Below, one piece after another: positions 54,210-64,000 of a stretch of 64,000 nucleotides of DNA. Both the position numbers and the translations under genes were made by a program. Origin of the DNA: Octopus bimaculoides (lineage: Eukaryota); contig NC_068985.1 in assembly GCF_001194135.2 (NCBI RefSeq), positions 6,948,181 to 7,012,180 on the forward strand. The letters run 5' to 3'. Positions within the stretch are counted from its first letter, which is position 1. Each line of letters starts with the position of its first letter. Under the pieces are notes generated by a model. It was not told where the DNA came from and made no database searches. It saw only the letters and a program-made list of their open reading frames with translations.

Positions 54210-55425
54210 GGCCTGGATAAGATAATGGCAACACCTTAAAATTTCAAACAAATTCATTTTAATATAGGGTAGGACCGCCTATGGCTGTAATTACACCTTG
54301 AATTCCACGAGGTATGAACTCGTACAAAGTTTCAATTGTTTCCAAAGGAATTTTTGTCTATTCTTCAGCTGAAACAAGTCTCCAGTTCGAGTAGTGGTGA
54401 TTATGGAAGATATCAACTCCTTACTCGTTTTTCTAAAAGGCATTATAAATGTTGAATAATATTGAGGTTTGGGGACTGTGGTGGCAAGGATAAGATGTTC
54501 AACTTCACTAGAATCTTCCTCCTGTCATTCAGTAACAAATTTTAGTTGTGTGAAATTGGTGCATTATCATCCTGAAAGATTGCGTTTCTCTCCGGAAACA
54601 GTTCCGCAATCATAGGTTGAATTTGATCAGATAAAATGCTTAAATAGTCTTGACTATTGATTCTGCCATGAAGAGAAACCATTGGGCCGGCGTATTTCCA
54701 AGATACAGTTACCCCACCACCCGATCATTACAGATCTTCCTCCATGTATAACATTTGGAAGGAAGCAGTCTGGCTCAAACGCTTCTTTTGGCTGTCTTCA
54801 TACGTATATTCGGCCAGTGGTAGGAAATTAGTTAAAGGTTGACTTTCACTGCTCTAGGGACCAGTTCTGTAGGTTTTTACTCCACTCTAAACGCTTTGCA
54901 ACGTTTGTTTTTGAAAGGAGTTTTTTTATTGCAGCCCTCACGTGAAATCTGGCTTTGTACAGGACCCGGCGAACAGCTTTTGTGGAAAGTGGGTTCTCGA
55001 GGTGGTCATTGAGCTCTGCAGTTATTTGGGGAGTTGTACTTTTGTAATCCTTTCTAACAATTCGCGTAAGAGTCCAACGGTTCCTATCTGAACGTTTTGG
55101 TCTTATTCCAGAGTTCTATTTCGACGAGGAGGTTTTTCCCTCTTTTTCAAAGGCTGTCATTACTTTCGATACAGTACTTCTTGATGCACCAAACATTTCT
55201 GCTGTTTTCGTTACGCTAGCACCTGGCATACGAGTACCAACAATTTAACCTATTTGAAAGTCCGATATATCTTTCATTTTAATGAATTTTAACTACCTTT
55301 TTCTGATGATATCTGAAAAGAAACAGCAATTTTTGCAAAACATTTTAAGCAATATTAATAATAAATCAAAAACAAATGTTTGGTGGTTTTATAGATATTT
55401 CAAAATTATGATCTTAGGTGTCGAA
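54207..55425 (-). mobile_element. Tc1-family DNA transposon, decayed, inserted in (TA)n
   Basis: Left end TA|CAGGG at 54207; contains a transposase pseudogene; right TIR truncated at the adjoining SINE. Confidence 0.9.
54259..55277 (-). pseudogene. Tc1 transposase pseudogene
   Basis: MKDISDFQIG*IVGTRMPGASVTKTAEMFGASRSTVSKV..ITAELNDHLENPLSTKAVRR..HGGRSVM..AIFQDDNAP..PPQSPNLNIIQHL..GGPTLY*. Several stops; the first catalytic-D motif (FSDE) appears deleted. Confidence 0.9.
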
Positions 55426-55439
55426 CAACATAATGTTAG

Positions 55440-55745
55440 GTATCCAATATCGGGTTCAATCTCATTGCGTGGCACCATGGGCAAGTGTCTTCTACTATAG
55501 CCGCGAGCTGACCGAAGCATTGTGAATGGATTTGGTAGATGGAAACTCAAAGAAGCCCATCGTATGTATATATGTGTGTGTGTTTGTGTGTATGTGTGCG
55601 TGTTTATGCTTGTTCACCCCATCAGTGGTTCACAACCGATGTTGGTGTGATTATGTCCCTGTAACTTAGTGGTTCGGTACGAGAGACCGATATAATAAGT
55701 ACTAGGCTTACAGAGAATAAGTCGTAGGGCCGATTTATTCGACCA
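55440..55745 (+). mobile_element. SINE family A
   Basis: gggttcaatctcattgcgtggcaccatgggcaagtgtcttctactatagcc..(TG)n..acaaccgatgttggtg..ataagtactaggcttac. Confidence 0.85.
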
Positions 55746-55789
55746 TACGCATTGCTCTACTACTTCCCCTTTGTTAACTCTATTATATC

Positions 55790-55837
55790 GTCTCTGATGA
55801 TGGGATATCTTCTATATCTCTGAAACAGCTGTAAGAC
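55790..55837 (+). ncRNA. Minimal type I hammerhead ribozyme motif (Penelope type), near intact
   Basis: GTCT-CTGATGA-t-GGGATAT cttct ATATCTC-t-GAAAC-AGCT-GTA-AGAC: helix I 4 bp, full core, helix II 7 bp, palindromic helix III (ACAGCTGT), cleavage triplet GUA. Confidence 0.75.
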
Positions 55838-56043
55838 AACCTTTCTCGTTATAAATCTCGTCGAAATTTCACACTGCCTTGGCATTATTCTCACATTTTA
55901 TTTAACATATACATGCTCACATATGGTCCGCATTAGACTCCTCACTAATACTATTATCGAACCAGGGATCTAAATATCATCCTTCTGTAGGACTTCCATA
56001 GACTTACCTGCCATGTTGGGTCTTCCAGATACTAAAACTTCTC

Positions 56044-56084
<41 letters not shown>

Positions 56085-58117
56085 AGAGAGAGAGAGAGAG
56101 ACACACACACAGACACACGCATATATATATATGTATATATGTATGTATGTTTCACATTGTTTTAAAAACTGAGAAATATTTCTAGGGCTATTTTTGCCAA
56201 GATGTGATATGTACGAAATTTGTCCAAATAACTGTAACACTGAACAATGACCAGTGCCATTTTCAGAAGATCTCTTTATTGATTTCTAAATTACATCATG
56301 TAATCCGTGAGGTGTCACTCTTACCCTCCACTGAAAATAATTGTTGATAACATTTTTTTTTTCTGTTTACCTTAAACTCGGTTAGCTTGAAATAAAATCA
56401 CATTCGATTTCTATATTATGTACATTACACTGCAAATAACTGTATTTTGAATATTACTTGAGCATTTTTTAAATTCTTCAATGTTATCATAATTTTTGTT
56501 TTATAATTCCATGAGATATTAATTCACTTTAGTTCCCCAAATGCCGAGACATCTGTAAATTACTTCAATATTTCACTCATAATTTTTGTTTTATTCAGTA
56601 ATTCTATTTCTTTTCGCTTTTGCGTTTGTCTCATAACTCAGACACGATAAAAAAATGAAATAATTATCTTTCCATAAAAAAATATAAAATGCAACTGTCT
56701 GTCTACTTCATATTTTATTACTAAATAATATTTAAAGCACTGTAACAATGAGAGTAAATGAATGAGCAATATAATTGATGTTGCGTGCTACCCCATAGAA
56801 ACCAAGAAATCATATCAAGACTGTATCCGATTTAATGGACAACTCTATAGGATCATATAACTTTTGTTTTCTTTCTTTATGTTTTCATTCGAAACTAGAT
56901 AATGCATTAGGTTAACTATCCAAGTATCATAACATTTCAGAAATTCTGATAGAAGTCATGTAGTTACTAAATTATTACTGCATATACCACAGGGGGAAAG
57001 TTATCTTTCATAGACGGATTATCCATGAGAAATCAGAAGACTGTGTAATACCTAGCAGTTGCATAAAATTTGTTGCTTGAATTGTGTACTATCCATATAT
57101 ACCAGATTTACAAGATCATTTATGATACAACGTAAGCATTTAAATTATGTTAAAATACACATTTCGCTGTATGCTTCTCGTTAAATAAAACAATGATTAT
57201 CGTTGCTTAGAATATCTGATATCTTTTGTCTAGATATCATCAGGATGACACATAAAGGTGTGATATTATAAATTATTGAAAGCTTGTGTCTTCTGCCTTG
57301 TAATTTTATTCTTATAATTGTATTCTTAGAATTACATTGCAACCGTGGTCACTAGTTGTAACATATGGCCTACATCAACACCAATGTCATATCATCCATC
57401 ACCCCACTTTCACACAACTTGAATCCGATCACTCTATCTGTGAATTAGCCAGTCTAACTATCTACACATGTTTTGATAGGTAAGGGATTTTATCTTATTA
57501 TCTAGTCACTGGCACATTTTTGGAGGAGCGATTTTTTTAAAATATCAAATCACAATAACCAGTTACACATTTTTTTTAAATTTTAGGTGACTTCACAATG
57601 TTCCTATGTAGAAGGAGGACCAAAATATTTACAAGGTGATTAAAACTTCCCGTTATCATTAATATCAACCTGCTAAACATCGAGGAGGCTGGAGTATACT
57701 TGAGCTTATTAGTATACATCGCCAATCCCCGTGTCCTTTTCTTAAGTTATTCTGCAAAATTCAAATCTTCGCCACACCATTCATGCACCTCGGCCACAGT
57801 TTTCTCAATAGCTACGCAGCTCAGACATCCCTATATGGTTTCTCCATTATTTCTGCCTTTCTTAGCGTCAGTCGCTCGTGAACCCCGGGAAATAGCACAA
57901 GAAGTATGTTCTATTAAATTATTTTAACGCAATTAACTTTCTGAAATGACGTTATATACATATCTATATAGGCTTTCGGTGCGAATGGTTTTTTCATACA
58001 GTGCCGTGTTTTACAATCCTGCAAATAATAACGATGGTATTTTATATAAGCTAAAAGCTTATGGCGATCACTGCGCAATGACCAAGGAAAATATAAGCCC
58101 CTCGATATAAAAAAAGA

Positions 58118-58196
58118 AGGCTTTTCCATCCGCATGGGAGTCGAACCCACATCCCTTTGTAACGCAACTAGGTGCGCTACCTATACACCAGTGAAT
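58118..58196 (-). ncRNA. tRNA-like sequence (pseudogene or SINE head)
   Basis: A-box TGGTGTATAGG (58180-58190), B-box GGTTCGACTCC (58137-58147), T-arm GTGGG/CCCAT; non-canonical anticodon arm. Confidence 0.6.
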
Positions 58197-58376
58197 TAGC
58201 CTCCCTGTTTCTATCAGACTTAAGACCTATGTTACTTCGTATTTGTTTTTTATGTAAACAAACTTTGTATATGCTTTCAGTGCGATTTTTTTTCTTTTTA
58301 CGGTGCCGTGTTTTACAATCCTTTAAATAATAATGGTAATTGTATATAAGTTTAAAGCTTATAGCGATCACCGTGC

Positions 58377-58457
58377 AATTCGCTGGTGTAATGGTAACAC
58401 ACTTAGTAGCATTAACAAAGGGATGTGCGTTCGAGTGACACGCAAATAGGAAAGCCT
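58377..58457 (+). ncRNA. Second, more degraded tRNA-like copy, inverted relative to the first
   Basis: aattcgctggtgtaatggtaacacac..acaaagggatgtgcgttcgag..ggaaagcct. Confidence 0.55.
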
Positions 58458-58570
58458 ACGTTATTCTGTCGAGGGCTTATATACCTCATTTATTAAACTA
58501 TTTTACTTAGTCAGTGCACAGTGACCCCCATAAGCTTTAAGCTTATATAAAAATACCATTATATATATGA

Positions 58571-58601
<31 letters not shown>

Positions 58602-58967
58602 CATACATACATATATATATATATATAATACATTCACGATACAATACAAAAGAATAGTTTAAAATAAGTTCGAAATGAACTGAAAAAAGTATCTCGTACG
58701 ACATTTTAATACTTTTGAATCACATATATACATATGTGTGTGTGCGTGTACTTGCATATAAATATGAATATATATATATATATATATATATATGATGTTT
58801 TTATATATATGTATACTTCCGTGTAATTGTGTATAGTCATATTCAGAAAAACTGTCACGAATCCAGTAAGCTTTCAAATGAGATTCATTCATTGTTAATA
58901 AAACGCGCACAACACGTTACTACATATCTTACATATATGTATACACGCACACATACATACTTACATA

Positions 58968-59010
<43 letters not shown>

Positions 59011-59244
59011 ATATTTATCTATCTATCTATCTATCTATCTATCNNNNNNNNNNNNNNNNNNNNNNNNNNNNNNNNNNNNNNNNNNNNNNNNNNNNNNNNN
59101 NNNNNNNNNNNNNNNNNNNNNNNNNNNNNNNNNNNNNNNNNNNNNNNNNNNNNNNNNNNNNNNNNNNNNNNNNNNNNNNNNNNNNNNNNNNNNNNNNNNN
59201 NNNNNNNNNNNNNNNNNNNNNNNNNNNNNNNNNNNNNNNNNNNN

Positions 59245-59294
<50 letters not shown>

Positions 59295-60063
59295 GTATAT
59301 ATTTACATATATGTATGTACGTATGTATGTATATACGGATGTGTGAATTATGTATATAGGAATTTTCCGTTTCGCATATCATTCAAAATCATGTGGTGTA
59401 GATGCAAGAAAATTTCAATGAATTAAATGTAAATATAAGTAAAAGCATATAATTCGAATTTTCTAACGTCCCCAAGCCCAGGAGCAGCAGCAGTAGCAAT
59501 TGTATGTGACAGATCCGAAGAAAACTAATTCCCAGATGGGAAAAGAACATACTTTTCTAAAATATGATTCCCTCAGCAGTTTCTCTTTTTCATTATGTTC
59601 TTATTTTGAGTGAGGGAATTATGACTAAGCGTGCGTATGATTTAAACCAACCGAATTCTGTTGTACAGAAATGTACGCACGATCTCATTTACTTTCATCG
59701 CTTATAACAGTGCTTCAAATAAAGTTTCTAGCGTTTGGTTGCTTGGAGTGGCCTGTTAGTGGTATTAGCGGGGTTTAGGTTTTGGTAAGAGCAAAAGGTC
59801 GTGGGGTTTGATTTTTGGTAAGAGCAAAATGTTGCAAAGGCCTACATCTTGGGAATATGGTTGCTGTCGGATCTATGGAGTGTTGTGCTGGGTCAACAAC
59901 CGCAGCATCAGATGTACTGGATGAACGTGATACGGTTGCCTCTCAACAGACGCATGCGACGACCACACTCAACACACACTACTTTCAAGCATTGCAATAA
60001 ACAACGGTTTACATGTAAGAAAACTTTAAACGAATTATATATAAATGTAACTAACACACACTT

Positions 60064-60094
<31 letters not shown>

Positions 60095-60096
<2 letters not shown>

Positions 60097-60432
60097 CGAC
60101 GGGCTTCTTTCAGTTTCCGTCTACCAAATCCACTCACAAGGCTTTGGTCGGCCCGAGGCTATAGTAGAAGGCAGATGCCCAAGGTGCCACGCAGTGCGGC
60201 TGAACCCGGAACCATGTGGTTGCTAAGCAAGCTACTTACCGCACAGTTCCCCCCAATATCACTTGACAACCGATGCTGATGTGTTTACGTCCCTATACTT
60301 TAGCGGTTCGGCAAAAGAGACCGATAGAATAAGTACTAGACTTAAAAAGAATAAGTTCTGGGGTCGATTTGCTCGACTAAAGTCGGTGCTCCAGCATGGC
60401 CGCAGTCAAATGACTGAAACAAATAAAAGAGT
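60095..60432. mobile_element. SINE family A with 5' half inverted relative to 3' half
   Basis: Head on minus (60095-60246) joined directly to tail on plus (60247-60432). Confidence 0.85.
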
Positions 60433-61456
60433 AAAGAAACCATATAATTTGAATTTGCAGTAACAGCACAAGCAATTCTACGAGACATATTAAAAGTATA
60501 CTAATTCAGAGATGTTAAAAATACATATTTTTCTAAAATGTGATTCCCTCAGCAGTTTCTTTTTTTTTTCTTTTTTTTTCTTTTTTCTCTTTTTTTTTCT
60601 TTTTTTGTTTGTTTGTTTGTTCAGACATTTATATTCTGAGTAAGAGAATTATGATTAAGCGCACATGAGCCGTAAAGCAGCAGAATTCTGTCCTGCAGAA
60701 ATGTAAACATGCTTAACGTAATCTAATAAAAATAAAAATAATGCTACAGATGCTAAATCTTGACACTGCTTTCAGTTAAATTGAAAATTCACTGACCGTA
60801 GACAATATTTATGCCACAGAGAGAATAAATTTAGAAAAAAATATAATTTTTCATAGTTTTATTTTCATATTCTTTCTTTTTTTGAATTATTTCATGTTTA
60901 GTGTCTCTGCTAAATTGCTGAATGGGATATCTGAAATTGTGGTGTTTATGAAGACATGTTTTGGGTTCCTTCCCTCGAAAATCCAATATTGCCAACTTTA
61001 CACATGTTATTACTAGGCAATCGTGCTCAAGGTCAGCTAGACATAGCAGCCATATGTCACAAAGTTCACTCTGATGGGACATTACTGACCTTAGGGTAAT
61101 TACTACTAGCAATATAAGCATGAGCTATTTTTTTACATAGATAATCATATCTAAACAAGTATATAATGTATTCCGAAGTATATGCACACATCCACACACA
61201 CAACAAAAGCAACAAAAACAACAGCAATAATACTAGCAATACCAATAATAATAATAATCGACTTTCTCCAATTGTTCTCTCTTTCAAATTTCCAATTGCT
61301 GTGGATTAGCATCAAGAGTTGGAACACTGAGTACAACGGTATTTGAATGAAAATCTTTTGATACCTTCCTCTCTCTCTCTCTATATATATATATATATGT
61401 GTGTGTGTGTGCGTGCGTGTACGTATATATGTGTAGATATATATGTATACAGACAT

Positions 61457-61508
<52 letters not shown>

Positions 61509-62584
61509 ATTATTTTACAGCCCAAATAATGAAATAATGAAAGTTATAGAAAATTTATAATATACAATAATATATGATGGAGAGTTTAATACTAATGCCT
61601 GGCATTTCAACATTCCAGGTTCAGAACCATTCTCAGGAAATTTACGAAGAAAATATGTTAATAGCTGAGCCATCGGCTGCGTAGTACGGATTATATGGAA
61701 GGGTTCTTTTCTTTGCTATATTATCCAATCAAGATATACCGGATAATAGACGTGTGCTTCGGTTTATGAGTAGCTATGTCCGGTGACTCGGTGGTAAATG
61801 ATATCTGACCGTTTTGGTGTCAATATCTGACTAGCAAAACGTATAAGAAAATATTCAGGGCGATAAGCCTGCAACATATGCCTGATTCCTTATCTAAATA
61901 GCTAATAAAATAGCTGACTCTGAAATGCATTAAAAAACACTTTTGAAGAGCATTGCTATTAAATACATTTTGCGATTAACAACAAAAGTATTTTTAACAA
62001 GCCTATAATTTATCATATTGTCTAAAAACGCAAGAATTCTATTTTCTTATGCTTTTTTCTTATTTCTATTCTTTCTTTTCTTTTTCTGATTCAGTATTTT
62101 TGTTGACACCTTAATTCAAACAAGGGTTTCTTTTGTTTTCCATGTCATATGCAAAAGTAACGATGTAAACACGCTCAAAATGATATAGGTATAAATTATA
62201 TATAATTAAAGTATGTATAGCAAATAAAATTTATGCATAATTCTGAAGAGTCGAATTCCTAAACCTGTCAATGACAACTCATAAATAAATAGTTGGATAT
62301 ATTATTGCATGATATAACGATATGATTGCACCGAATGCTAAGGACAAATACATAATCTATTGCTTTCAAAAACCTAAAATAATATTATGAAATTATGGTT
62401 ATAAGAAGAAAAAAAAAACGAATGCGAAAAGTTTTCCGAGTGATAATCCTTGGTATTGATGAAAGGGCTGAGAGTAAAGTAAATTAGAATGTATTGGTAT
62501 GTAATGTAACGCAGAACAAAAAGGAACACTTTAAGTCATGGAAATCCTTTTCACGAAAGTAACAATTATATGTGTGTGCATACC

Positions 62585-62776
62585 TGTGTGGTAAGTAGCT
62601 TGCCTACCAGCTACATGGTTCCGGGTTCAGTCCCACCGCGTGGTACCTTAGTCAAGTATATTCTATGGCCTCGGGCCGACCAAAGCCTTGTGAATGGATT
62701 TCGTAGACGGAATTAAAAGAAGCTCGTCGTATACAAATATATATGTGTGTGTTTATGCGTGTGTGTGTGTGTGTGT

Positions 62777-62817
<41 letters not shown>

Positions 62818-63030
62818 GTTGTGTGTCTGTGTTTGTTCCCCCACTATCGCTTGACAACCGATGCTGGTGTGTGTACGTCCCCGTAACTTAGCGATTCGGC
62901 AAAAAGAGACCGATATAATAAGTACTAGGCTTGCAAAGAATTAGTCCTGGGCTCTGTTTGTTTGACTAAAGGCGGTGCTCCAGCATGGCCACAGTAAAAT
63001 GACTGAAACAAGTAAAAAAATAAAAGAATA
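62585..63030 (+). mobile_element. SINE family A, full length (reference for normal layout)
   Basis: gtggtaagtagcttgcc..ggttccgggttcagtccc head, (TG)n, tail ending gactgaaacaagtaaaaaaataaaagaata. Confidence 0.9.
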
Positions 63031-63768
63031 TATCCGTACATACATGAATTTATGCAAATATCATCATGATCTCCCTTGATATAAGTTACGAATATCTTAT
63101 CTGTCCGTATTCATTTTTGTACGTCTCTAATTTAAGAATTATTTACCGCAATACATCATTCACTTTCTAACCTCACGTTTACTTCTTATTGGCATTCATT
63201 GATATCCATTTCTTTTGCAATATGTAAACGCTTGCTTTTTTATCTCTCTCTCTCTCTCTCTCTCTCCCCTTTTGTCTCTTTCTCATCCCTGCCTCTTCCC
63301 CCCCTCTCTCTCTCTCGCTTTCTCTCTGCACATTTTCTTATTAATTTATCTTCAATGCCTGCTTACTCAGTCAATCTTTTTCTCAAACAAAATAATGTCA
63401 CCTAGACTACAGCGAATTCATGTTCTGCAGGTCTCAATGCAAACACATAACCATTAATACAATGATAAAGTACCCTCTGTGCATTCCCCATCGGTCAAGC
63501 GAATACGTAATATTGGTGAAGTAAAGTATTATGGGACAGGGCCACAATAATATAAGTCAAATACAATCTGTAAATTGGCCAGTGTTACTCGGTGCATCTA
63601 GCTGAAATGCAACACGTCATAAATGGAGCACATAAACAACACGTTGTCCTGGAGCGACAAAAAGCTGCTGCCCAAATATGATCTGATTTATTTCGGGATG
63701 ACCGCGACACACCACCTCATCAATGTAATTGTTCGTAGAATACTTTCGATGTAAAATATATGTAATTA

Positions 63769-64000
63769 CACTGTGTTCCAAAAATGAGGTATATATTTGT
63801 TAACAACTCCTGACTTAGTTTATTTATGTTACTTCTAACATTTAATTCTTCAATGACAATGCAGAGAACCAGATTAAGATTTCAACAAATGTAATTTGAA
63901 CAAAAGTAGTTTAAACTCGAATTTTGAAAACGCTGTCGAAGTGCAGACAGTTTAGGTTGGAGTTTCAAGCAAATAAAATAATGCGTCTTACTAATGGAGA
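63769..64000. mobile_element. Possible Tc1/mariner-type terminus running off the window
   Basis: TA|CACTGTGTTCCAAAAA start resembles Tc1/mariner TIRs; the partner end is not in the window. Confidence 0.3.

Noticed and set aside
57205-57246. CTGATGA on minus followed by a hairpin
   Set aside because: The hairpin pairs with the core itself and there is no GAAA, so it is not a hammerhead.

Overview
AT-rich eukaryotic DNA, dense in microsatellites, with 12 assembly gaps (N runs), each next to a simple repeat. The repeat content matches my recollection of octopus/cephalopod genomes (inference, not a database result). I could not support any host protein-coding gene; nearly all ORF-track entries are translated microsatellites or gaps. 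The window is a graveyard of mobile elements: more than 20 tRNA-derived SINE copies in about five families (labelled A, B, C, D, F here) plus a (TAA)n-flanked repeat (E); fragments of CR1/L2-group, RTE, RLE-type (R4/Dong-like) and Penelope (GIY-YIG) retroelements; a decayed Tc1 transposon; and several MITEs. The most interesting signal is a set of minimal hammerhead-ribozyme (HHR) motifs of the Penelope type. One is near-intact at 55790-55837. Another is reconstructed as the consensus of a four-copy family built as tRNA-like head + (AAT)n + HHR tail, possibly a Pol III, ribozyme-bearing SINE mobilised by Penelope-like elements. Other notable structures: a SINE with twin-priming-type 5' inversion (60 kb), an inverted pair of tRNA-like modules (58 kb), and a GC-rich structured 148-bp insert flanked by an 11-bp direct repeat (48.6 kb).
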